DNA from: Nitrospirota bacterium
GTDB taxonomy: Bacteria > Nitrospirota > UBA9217
Assembly (NCBI GenBank): GCA_963818475.1
Contig: CAWFSF010000006.1
Location: 1,216,001-1,280,000, forward strand
Direction: 5' to 3'
DNA: 64,000 nt
Shown: positions 33,755 to 42,966 of the stretch, in pieces
Numbering within the stretch: the stretch's first letter is position 1
Layout of the letters: each line of letters begins with the position of its first letter
The notes under the pieces: model-generated
Told to the model about the DNA's origin: nothing
What the model saw: the letters and a program-made list of their open reading frames with translations, nothing else
Database searches by the model: none
Made by a program: the position numbers and the translations under genes

Positions 33755-33761
33755 GATAGAA

Positions 33762-34975
33762 TCAGCCTGCCGCGGAACCCATCTGGAATATGGGCATATA
33801 CATGGCAACAATAACGAAGCCGACGGTAATGCCCAGAAAGATCATCAGCATGGGTTCGAGCATGGAGGTGAGCGCTGCCACGGCGGCGTCAACCTCATCA
33901 TCATAAAAATCGGCGATCTTGTTCAGCATATTGTCGAGCGCGCCGGTGGCCTCTCCAACGGAGATCATTTGAACAACCATGGGCGGAAACACCTTTGCCT
34001 TGGAGAGCGGTTCCGCAAGCGTTTTACCTTCACTCACGGCCTGTCGGGTCGCCATGATAGCCTCTTCCACGACCTTGTTCCCCGACGTCCGCGCGACAAT
34101 GATAAGCCCCTCAAGAATAGGCACACCGCTCGTAAGCAAGGTTCCCAGGGTCCTGGTGAATTTCGCAACTGATACCCGCTGGATCAGCGAGCCCATGACA
34201 GGTATTTTCAGCGCGAATGCATCCTGCGCTCTCAACCCATTTTCCGTTTTTCTCCATTGTTTAAGCACCACAACAATGCTTACAACACCGATGAGAATTC
34301 CCAGCCCCCCCCATCCTTTCAGAAAGTTGCTGATTGCGACCACAATGCGGGTGGGCAAAGGAAGTTGCTGGCCCGATTCGGCAAAGATGTTGGCCAGCAT
34401 GGGAACGACAACCACCATCAGCAGGGAAACGACGGAAACGGCGACGAACAGGATCACGGAGGGATAGATCATTGCAGACTTTATCTGTTTTTTGATCTTG
34501 GCGAACTTTTCCATGTAGGCCGCAAGCCGCTGCAAGGATCGTGTCCAGGATACCGCCAGCTTCTCCGGCAGCCACCATGTTGCAGTAGAGGTTATCGAAG
34601 ACCTTGGGATGTTTTTTGAGCGACTCGGCGAAGGTGGCGCCGCCTTCGACATCCTGCCTCACCTGGACGACGGCCTTTGCCAGTGGCGGGACTTTCCTTT
34701 TGCTGGCCGAGAATCTCGAGGCACTGAACGAGCGGGAGGCCCGCGTCGATCATGGTGGCGAGCTGACGGGTAAAGATCACGATGTCCTTATCGGTGACCT
34801 TCGGTGCGCCGAAGGAGATGCTGATCTGCTTGGGCTTCGCCGTGACATTGATCGGCTGGATGTTCTGCTTGCGCAGAAGGGCCATCACGTCTTCCTTGCT
34901 GTTCGCGGCAAGTTCGCCCTTCTGAACAGCTCCCTGCCGTGTTTTGCCTTCCCAGGTAAATACCGTTGTTGCCAT
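33762..34975 (-). CDS. pilC: Type IV pilus platform protein PilC (frameshifted)
   Basis: FTRQLATMIDAGLPL, AGEAGGILD, FTRTLGTLLTSGVPI, AMYMPIF across three overlapping ORFs. Confidence 0.92.
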
Positions 34976-35071
34976 TTTTCACCTCATCCCGTGCAAAAAC
35001 CTTATACATATCCTTGTTGATGATTTTTATCAGGCAGCTGTGTCGTGAACGCAGTTATGTTCACGACGTCG

Positions 35072-36176
35072 TCATCGATATTCTTTTTGAACCGTCTGGG
35101 TTCCTGCCAGGCCGGACCTGCTCAGCATCTGGATGAGTTCCTCAGGATTCGAAGATCTGCCGACACAGTCTTCATAGGATATCTGCTTTTTGACATACAG
35201 GTCATAGAGCGACTGGTTCAAGGTCTGCATGCCGAACTTGGACTGCCCGGTCTGCATGATCGAATAGATCTGGTGTATTTTATCCTCCCGGATCAGGTTG
35301 CGGATCGCCGGGTTCGGGATCATGACCTCCAGTGCCACCACCCGTCCGCCGCCGATCTTCGGAACGAGTTGTTGCGATACGACCCCTTCCAGGACAAAGG
35401 ACAGCTGAGCGCGGACCTGCGACTGCTGATGCGGAGGGAACACATCGATGATACGGTTCATCGTCTGGGATGCGGAGTTCGTATGGAGCGTGGCAAAGGT
35501 GAGGTGGCCCGTTTCAGCGATGGTCAGCGCTGCTTCGATCGTTTCAAGGTCGCTCATTTCGCCGATGAGCACCACGTCGGGGTCCTGCCGGAGAATATAC
35601 TTCAGCGCATCCTTGAACGACTTGGTATCCGCGTTGACCTCGCGCTGGTTGACCAGGCATTTTTTATGCGGATGCAGGTACTCGATCGGGTCCTCGATGG
35701 TCATGATGTGTTCCTGCCGCTCGCTGTTGATCTTGTCGATCATCGACGCCAGCGTGGTCGATTTACCGCTGCCCGTGGGGCCGGTGACGAGGACCAGTCC
35801 GCGCGGCTTCTTGCAGAGGTCGGAGACAATCTCGGACAGCCCCAGTTCCTTGAATGTCTTTATTTTAAAGGGAATGGTCCGGATCGCGGCAGCGACCGCG
35901 CCCCGCTGCACGAACATATTAGCGCGAAAACGGGAGAGGTTCTTCACCCCGAACGAAAGGTCGAGTTCGCTGTTTTCCTCGAACTTATGCTTCTGGGCAT
36001 CGGTCAGGATGCTGTAGCAGAGGTCCTTGGTCTGCGGTGGCGGTCATCAGCTTCCAGTCCCGGTATGGGCTTCATCTTGCCGTCGATCCGTATGCTCGGG
36101 GCAAGCCCGTCGTAAGATGAAGGTCCGATGCGCCTTTTTCGATCATATACTTGAGCAGATCGTGCAGATTGGCCAT
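35072..36176 (-). CDS. pilT: Type IV pilus retraction ATPase PilT (frameshifted near the 5' end)
   Basis: MANLHDLL..GASDLHL, GPTGSGKST, LRQDPD, AETGHL..TLH, AIRNLIRE motif. Confidence 0.94.
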
Positions 36177-36231
36177 GTATAGAACACCTTCTCTCGGAAA
36201 ATTTATTTTATCCCCATCATCATGAATTCGC

Positions 36232-38089
36232 CTATTTATTGTCGGGGAACGTATTTTCAACGACCTCTTCAAGCGAGGTCATGCCCGCCTTGACCTTCAA
36301 CAATCCGCTCCGCGCGCAGCGTTTTCATGCCGCGAGGCGATCGCCTGTTTTTTGATATCAAAGACCGATGCGCCCTGAAGGATCAGCTCCTTGATCTCTT
36401 CCTTGATCGGCATGACCTCGTACAGCGCGACCCGGCCTTTGTACCCGGTCTTGTTGCAGATGTCGCAGCCCTCGCCCCTGTAGCTCACGATCGTCTTGCG
36501 CTTCTTCGGGATCGAATCCTGCATCAATAAAGGTCTGGGCGCGGAAGTTTTTCAGGCTTTTTGCAGTTCTGGCAGGACCTGCGCACCAGCCGCTGGGCAA
36601 CGATCAGGATGACCGCGGACGAGACCAGGAATGGCTCAACGCCCATGTTCAGCATACGGTTGATGGTGCTCGGCGCGTCATTGGTGTGGAGCGTGGTCAG
36701 CACGAGATGCCCCGTCAGTGCGGCCTTGACGCCGATCTCCGCTGTTTCATAGTCGCGGGTCTCGCCCACCATGATGATGTCCGGGTCCTGACGCAGGAAC
36801 GAACGGAGCGCAGCGGCGAAGTTCAGCCCGATCTCGTCCTTCATCTGCACCTGGTTGATGCCCATGAGGTTGAACTCGACGGGGTCTTCGGCCGTCATGA
36901 TATTCTCGGAATCCTTGTTCAGTTCGCTCAGTGCCGAATAGAGGGTCGTGGTCTTGCCGCTCCCCGTCGGGCCCGTCACCAGCACCATGCCGAAGGGCCT
37001 GTCCCAGGGCTTCCTTGAAATCCGTCAGCTGGTCCTCATCGAACCCGAGCTTGGTCATGTCGAGCTGCAGGTTCGACTTGTCCAGCAGCCGCATAACGAT
37101 CTTTTCGCCGAACAGGCGTGGGAAGCACGGAAACGCGGAAATCCATGACCTTGTTCTTGCTCATTTTCAGCTTGATACGGCCGTCCTGCGGAAGCCGGCG
37201 CTCGGCGATGTCGAGCGATGCCATGATCTTGACGCGGGAGATGATCGCGTTCCTGATCTTGAGCGGAAGCCCCATGACCGTGTTCAGCACACCGTCAAGG
37301 CGGTACCGGACCCTGAACTTCTTCTCGTAGGGTTCGATATGGATATCGCTCACGCCCATCTTGGCGGCGCGCAGCAGGATGCCGTTCACCAGTTTGACGA
37401 TCGGAGCTTCGACCTCGCCGGAAAGCTGATCCAGGCCGGCATCTTCCACGACCTCGAGTTCCTCGACGGCGCCATGCACGAGGTTGTCGAAGTCATCGAC
37501 GTCCACTTCGCCGCCGGTGTCGATATCGTCGACGAACTCCGCGGATTCGTCTTCTTTTTCATCGACGTCGTAATCCTTGGCTTCGAATGCTAAGCTTCTT
37601 TTCTTCCTTGGCCTGCGCCATGCTCTGCCGCCTGCACTTGCGGCAACAAGCGACTTGGCGCCGCCGTAATATTTCTTGATGGCCTCGACGATGGCGCCTT
37701 CGGTCGCCACCACTGCCTCGACATTGTAGCCGGTCATGAACTTGATGTCGTCGATGGCGAAGATATTGGAGGGGTCGACCATGGCGATCGTGATCGTGGC
37801 GCCGGCGCGATTGATCGGCATGATCCGGTATTTCTGGGCGACGTCGGCGGGGATGTGCTTGATGAACGGCGGGATTGATCTCGAACTTGCTCAGGTCAAC
37901 ATAAGGAACACCGTACTGCTTGCTCAGGAACGTCATGAGCTTGTCTTCCTGGACAAAGCCAAGCTTGACCAGAATGGATCCAAGCCTGCCACCTTCGCTT
38001 TTCTGGGCAGCAAGCGCTTTTTTCAGCTGATCATCAGTAATGAGACCCGACGAGACCAGCATCGCGCCGAGTCTTCCAGACATTGCCAT
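36232..38089 (-). CDS. pilB: Type IV-A pilus assembly ATPase PilB with N-terminal MshEN motif (several frameshifts)
   Basis: [52 protein letters not shown], tetra-Cys CQNC/CDIC, TGYKGR spread over successive ORFs. Confidence 0.92.
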
Positions 38090-38125
38090 GAGGTAACTCC
38101 TTTATAACTAAACTTATCAGTAGTC

Positions 38126-38154
38126 ATATTACTGTAATACGCAGGCTATGTCAA
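38126..38154 (-). promoter_or_regulatory. Putative sigma70 promoter of pilB
   Basis: TTGACA-17 bp-TAATAT on the minus strand upstream of pilB. Confidence 0.55.
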
Positions 38155-38180
38155 GACAGATGGGCACTTTTCGCGACCCG

Positions 38181-39035
38181 TCAGCGCATTGCACTGATCT
38201 GCCGGGCAAGCGCATTTTTCATGACCTGAACCGGAGCTTTCTTTCCCGTCCAGATCTCAAAAGCGATAACGCCCTGATACAGGAGCATGCCGATGCCCGA
38301 GAGCCGCCGGGCCTGGCGGTCCTTCGCAGCCTTCAAAAGGGGCGTCTCCGGCGGGTTGTACACAAGATCGCAGACAAGGTGCTTCTTTTGGATGAGCACC
38401 TTGCGCAGGGGCAAGGGATCAGCTTTTTTCAGGCCCAGCGGAGTCGCATTGATAAGACAATCGGCGCCGGCTACGGCATCGGAAAGCAGCTCTTCACCGA
38501 TGGCCTGAACGTCTGCTCCGGTCTTCTGCCTGATATCCTCCGCCAGGGCCGATGCTTTTTTCTGATCAAGGTCCATAAATACGATGGATCGGGCGCCTGC
38601 CAGCGCGAGGCTGAATCCCACGGCGCGCCCGGCCCCTCCTGAGCCGATGAACACCACCCGTTTTCCTTTGGGATTGAACCCGGCATCCTCCTTGAGCGAG
38701 CGAAGAAAACCCCTGCCGTCGGTATTATGACCTTTGAGCCGGTCGCCCAGCACTTCGATCGTGTTCACCGCCCCGATAAGCCGGGCTTCTTCTGAAAGCT
38801 CATCGAGCCAGGACATGACCGCCTGCTTGTGCGGGACCGTCACGTTCATGCCTCTGAGGTTAAGCGCACGGATGCCCCTGACAGCCGCCTCCAGTCGGTC
38901 GGGATGAACAGCAAAGGGGACGTAGCACGCGTCCATGCCGAGCCGGGCGAATGCGGCATTGTGCATGCCCGGAGAGAAACTGTGTTCAACAGGATACCCG
39001 AACAGGCCGTATATCGATGTTTTACCGGAGATCAT
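38181..39035 (-). CDS. aroE: Shikimate dehydrogenase
   Basis: HSFSPGMHN, NVTVPHK, GAVNT, NTDGRGF, DLVYNP. Confidence 0.96.
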   Translation of the reverse strand: MISGKTSIYGLFGYPVEHSFSPGMHNAAFARLGMDACYVPFAVHPDRLEAAVRGIRALNLRGMNVTVPHKQAVMSWLDELSEEARLIGAVNTIEVLGDRLKGHNTDGRGFLRSLKEDAGFNPKGKRVVFIGSGGAGRAVGFSLALAGARSIVFMDLDQKKASALAEDIRQKTGADVQAIGEELLSDAVAGADCLINATPLGLKKADPLPLRKVLIQKKHLVCDLVYNPPETPLLKAAKDRQARRLSGIGMLLYQGVIAFEIWTGKKAPVQVMKNALARQISAMR

Positions 39036-39040
39036 TATCT

Positions 39041-40324
39041 TTACCCCTTCCCGCGCAGTATATCCACCAGGTTCCTGAAGCCGGTGACGATGCGCACCGG
39101 GACGCCCAACAGGTCCTCCATCTGGTCAAGGCTCATATTGTCGAGGAAAATGTGTTCGTCGTCTTTAAGGACGTTCGCCGGGATCAGCACCAGATCGCCG
39201 AGCTTTTTACCTTTCAGGGCATGGACGATGTCGCCGCCGGTCAGCAATCCGGCAACGGTCACTGAGGGCCCGAAGAACCGGTTCTTCGCGACGACCTGAC
39301 GCAGAGTGAGCCCCTTGACGCCCTTGAGCCGTTTCAGCGCGGTTTTTAATAACGCACCGAATGAAGCGCCCGTAACCACGGTCACCTTCAGGGGCGGGAC
39401 ACTGACCGGCATCCGGGTCCGTGCAACTTCACGAAGGAACTCGGCAACCATGCCGACACCGTTCTCGATCTGCGGGAACTCTTCATAGGATGATGCTGGC
39501 GGGAACGGCGCTCCGGCTTTGATATAAAACTCATCCGACGCGAACACCAGGCGCGTACCGAACTCCTTCCGGAACCGGGCGCTGAACGTATCGATCGTGT
39601 TGAGCACGGCGCGTGCGCCGCTGCGGGTGAATAATTTAACCGGATAGAGTCCGGTCCGGTAGGCGGTCACCCCCACGGGCACGGCCGCTATGGACATGAC
39701 GGCGGGAAAAAGCTTTGCCACATCCTCGATCGTCTTCGCCAGGTGCCGGCCGTCATTCACCCCCGGGCAGGTGACGATCTGCGTGTGCATGCGGATCCCG
39801 CCGGCGGCGAGCCTTTGCATGAGCGCCATGATGTCGGGCGCCTTTCGGTTCCCCAGCATGAAGGAGCGAAGTTCAGGATCGGTGGTGTGAACAGATATGT
39901 AGAGCGGACTTAACCGCTGCCTGAAGATACGCTCCAGGTCCTCTTCGGACAGCGATCCGAGCGTAATATAATTGCCGTAGAGGAAGGAGGCGCGAAAATC
40001 GTCATCTTTGACATAGAGGCTGCGCCGGCAGTCTGGAGGCATTTGGTCGACAAAGCAGAAGATACAGTGGTTGCGGCAGCGCTTGATCGTGAGGGACGGC
40101 AGTTCAATGCCCAGATCGTCGTCAGCAGACTTTCTGATCCGGAATGACTTTACCGCACCTGACTTTTTTTTCACCTTCAGGGAGATTTGTTCATCAGCGA
40201 CGGAGAAACGGAAATCGATCACATCATTGATCGCCTCACCGTTGATCGAAACAACCTGGTCCCCCGGTCGAAGCCCGAGACCGTCAGCAATGCTGCCTGG
40301 AGCTACCCGCACGATCTCCAGCAA
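39041..40324 (-). CDS. PDZ-domain radical-SAM-like protein (DUF512)
   Basis: N-terminal PDZ; CRNHCIFCFVDQMP; YVKDDD.R.SFL.GNYITL; QIENGVG. Confidence 0.9.
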   Translation of the reverse strand: MLEIVRVAPGSIADGLGLRPGDQVVSINGEAINDVIDFRFSVADEQISLKVKKKSGAVKSFRIRKSADDDLGIELPSLTIKRCRNHCIFCFVDQMPPDCRRSLYVKDDDFRASFLYGNYITLGSLSEEDLERIFRQRLSPLYISVHTTDPELRSFMLGNRKAPDIMALMQRLAAGGIRMHTQIVTCPGVNDGRHLAKTIEDVAKLFPAVMSIAAVPVGVTAYRTGLYPVKLFTRSGARAVLNTIDTFSARFRKEFGTRLVFASDEFYIKAGAPFPPASSYEEFPQIENGVGMVAEFLREVARTRMPVSVPPLKVTVVTGASFGALLKTALKRLKGVKGLTLRQVVAKNRFFGPSVTVAGLLTGGDIVHALKGKKLGDLVLIPANVLKDDEHIFLDNMSLDQMEDLLGVPVRIVTGFRNLVDILRGKG

Positions 40325-40759
40325 TCAGGCGCTCCTTTTGGAGGAGAACATATAGTCCACATATCCGACGATCTGGATCCGTGCCTCATCAGTGACCTGC
40401 CGGAACTTGCGGATCATCAGGATCTCATCCATGCTCAATATCTTCTCAAGATAGTTGATCTGTTCTTCCGAGATCGGGAACTTGCGCTTCCCGCGCCTGA
40501 ACTTGGCTTGCGAGGGGGACAGGAAAAAACCTTTCACCTCGGCGGGCACTTTTTCCTGATGCGCCGCCAGAATGAGCATCGCCTTATCCAGGCCCAATTT
40601 GTTCGCGATCATTATCAGCGTTTTATCCTTGGGGATATGCCCTTTGTTGATCGTGACCCGCAGGAGTTCCGGACTGATCCCGAGGACCTTCGATGCATCC
40701 TTGAGATTCTTGAAGCCTTTTTTATCCAATGCCTGCCGGATCATCTCCGAAATCTTCAT
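40325..40759 (-). CDS. Putative XRE-like helix-turn-helix protein
   Basis: NLKDASKVLGISPELLR...IANKLGLD; GGAGG RBS; abuts the DUF512 gene. Confidence 0.65.
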   Translation of the reverse strand: MKISEMIRQALDKKGFKNLKDASKVLGISPELLRVTINKGHIPKDKTLIMIANKLGLDKAMLILAAHQEKVPAEVKGFFLSPSQAKFRRGKRKFPISEEQINYLEKILSMDEILMIRKFRQVTDEARIQIVGYVDYMFSSKRSA

Positions 40760-40816
40760 GTACTACCTCCGTATCTTCATTGATGCAGCTATGGCTGCAA
40801 TCGAACATAATAGGAA

Positions 40817-41342
40817 TTATGCAACGAGCTTCATGCCGCGGGAGACATACTGGACCCCCGAAGCAACGGTGACGGCCGCTGTGGTCCACTGCAGAACATG
40901 CAACAATCCCATCTCCAGGCCATAATCCACCTGGACGAGGGTAAGCGTTACGCACAACAGCTGCAGGACGGTCGTGAGCTTCCCGATGAGGGAAGGCTGG
41001 ACCGTGAAATTGTGCTGCATCAAATAAACGATGATGCTGCCGAACACGAGGATCACATCCCTGCTGATAACGATGATCGCAAGCCAGACCGGCAGCATCT
41101 TGAGCAGGACGAGCGTAACAAAGGCCGAAACAATGAGCAGTTTATCGGCCATCGGGTCCAGAAAAGCGCCCAGAGTCTGTCTTGCTCTTCATAAGCCGGG
41201 CGATCATGCCGTCAAGAGCATCGGTAATACAGGCCACAACAAAAACAGCAAGTGCCGCCTGGTAGTAACCATAGATCATCAGATTGATAAAAAATGGGAT
41301 CAGAACAACCCGAAAGAGCGTGATCGAATTGGGAAGGTTCAT
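40817..41342 (-). CDS. pgsA: CDP-diacylglycerol--glycerol-3-phosphate phosphatidyltransferase (frameshift near 41175)
   Basis: MNLPNSITLFR...TDALDGMIAR then ADKLL..., SRD, GKLTTVLQ. Confidence 0.88.
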
Positions 41343-41516
41343 CGGCACCCCTGGCCTGGAGCAATTTAAAACGCTAACCAGTTGTATAATAAACAGATTA
41401 ATTTGGGATGTCAACCTTTATCTTTTTGCTTTTTGGTTATGACACTTTTTTTAAATAATCGGCAGGAAAAATCGAGAGAGGATAGCTTGTGCAACTGAAG
41501 GGACCAAAACTTTGAA

Positions 41517-41592
<76 letters not shown>

Positions 41593-41626
41593 AAAGGAAA
41601 CGCTGTCACTATTGAACTGACGGTAG

Positions 41627-41656
41627 GTTATACATTATTTTTGCTAAGATTGTCAA
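41627..41656 (-). promoter_or_regulatory. Putative sigma70 promoter of tRNA-Thr
   Basis: TTGACA-18 bp-TATAAC on the minus strand. Confidence 0.6.
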
Positions 41657-41843
41657 GGAAATCTTGGGCCGCGGGTCTTCAGACAACGGTGAGTTCGTTG
41701 TTGGCCTCGGAATGAATGAACTGGTCATCTTTCGAGTTTTCCCCGGACGTGCAGCCGCTTATTCCTGAATACGGCTCACGCGGCAGGAACGCGTGTCTGC
41801 AAGTCGATTCTGTTCCAAGGATCGATCAATGTCAAGAAGCGTT

Positions 41844-41872
41844 AAAAAAAGGGCAGGCGAATCGCCTCCCCT
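41844..41872 (-). terminator. Hairpin plus U-tract after the toxin-antitoxin cluster
   Basis: Minus strand AGGGGAGGCGATTCGCCTGCCC-TTTTTTT; near-identical hairpin in inverted orientation at 42902-42924. Confidence 0.65.
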
Positions 41873-41905
41873 GATCCGAACATCATTTTTTCAACAAAAC
41901 CAATC

Positions 41906-41967
41906 GTAGCGCCCCCGTTTACCGGGGGCGGAATTGAATATTCGTCGCGGATAAATGCCGACGCTAC
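41906..41967. repeat. REP doublet (GTAG family, A+B variants)
   Basis: GTAGCGCCCCCGTTTACCGGGGGCG (+, 41906-41930) facing GTAGCGTCGGCATTTATCCGCGACGAA (-, 41941-41967). Confidence 0.88.
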
Positions 41968-42027
41968 AAATACATCAATTCACCTTAAGCGCCAGAAACG
42001 CCGTCTGCTGAAGAAGGTTTTTGAAAA

Positions 42028-42243
42028 TCAGAGAGAAACAGGCGTCAACATAAAGACCCGGGCTCGTTGCGCCGCGGCCTTGACGTTTCCCTCTCGCAGA
42101 GCTTCACGTATATCGTCCAATTTATAGGCATCCTCCAGCGACAGATACGGAGACCACCCCTCGTCGGAATAAATCAGATCCACGTCCACCTCTGCCACAT
42201 ACTCGCCCTCGTGCACCAGCTTCGTGATGTGTTTTTGTGTCAT
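42028..42243 (-). CDS. Small hypothetical protein, putative antitoxin partner of DUF4258-type toxins
   Basis: MTQKHITKLVHEGEYVAEVDVDL...WSPYLSLEDAYKLDDIREAL; ATGA overlap with the upstream remnant. Confidence 0.7.
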   Translation of the reverse strand: MTQKHITKLVHEGEYVAEVDVDLIYSDEGWSPYLSLEDAYKLDDIREALREGNVKAAAQRARVFMLTPVSL

Positions 42244-42299
42244 CTTTTTCTCCTCAGAAAATCCGTCTCCCATCGTTCGGGGTCCGGTCCGTACGCCGT
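42240..42299 (-). pseudogene. C-terminal remnant of a DUF4258-like toxin
   Basis: Translates TAYGPDPERWETDFLRRKR*, like the TAYxPDPxxW..DF.RR tail of DUF4258 proteins (recalled); no N-terminal part upstream. Confidence 0.6.
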
Positions 42300-42337
42300 T
42301 GCAGGGTAATCTTAATTGTATCCCGTCCGTATGGGCA

Positions 42338-42623
42338 TTAATAAACCTCGTCATGGCTACCGATTTCAATCAAATAAATATCGTCATCTCCCGCTTGTTC
42401 ATTCTTCACAAAATCAAAAATAATGCGCAAATCATATCCCGCGCTGCATGCCCAGGATCCATCGAGTTTTCCTTTAAGCTTATGCGTTTCGAGTTGCGGG
42501 GCAAACGGGTCATTCACCAAAAGCTTGAGGGATATCTTCGACATCGTGACGCACGTTGGGCTGTTTACGCATGGCCTTCTTAAATGCCCGTATAAACGTA
42601 TTACTCCGAATGAGCGTTCTCAT
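42338..42623 (-). CDS. RelE/YafQ-family mRNA interferase toxin (frameshift near 42530)
   Basis: MRTLIRSNTFIRAFKK... then LETHKLKGKLDGSWACSAGYDLRIIF...IGSHDEVY; ATGA overlap with the antitoxin. Confidence 0.85.
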
Positions 42624-42832
42624 TCGGAAAGCTCGCGCAAAAGGTCGTCAACCGAGCCTCGCTTTACCTCGCCTCGCGCATACTCCTCTCGCGCTTCCGC
42701 AATGTTTTGAGCCAGCTTCGTCCTTCGCTCCTCTATGAGTCGATGCTTGACAACTTCAATGAGGTCCTCTCTTTGTTCCTCCGGCAGAGATTCAATGATT
42801 TCAAGTGCCTCGTTAAACGTAACCGCTCTCAT
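42620..42832 (-). CDS. Antitoxin of the RelE/YafQ module
   Basis: MRAVTFNEALEIIESLPEEQREDLIE...GEVKRGSVDDLLREL; acidic, AGGAGG RBS, directly upstream of the toxin. Confidence 0.8.
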   Translation of the reverse strand: MRAVTFNEALEIIESLPEEQREDLIEVVKHRLIEERRTKLAQNIAEAREEYARGEVKRGSVDDLLRELSE

Positions 42833-42966
42833 AACAGCACCTCCTGTTGAAATACTATACAAAAGACCGCGTAATATCAAGATGATTTTCAAATACAATA
42901 CGGGGCAGGCGATTCGCCTGCCCCATATCATGAATCATTGTTAAAACGCAATCGCGATCGTAGCCG

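Noticed and set aside
41844-42960. Integron cassette array
   Set aside because: No intI in the window, and the hairpins lack convincing RYYYAAC/GTTRRRY attC ends.
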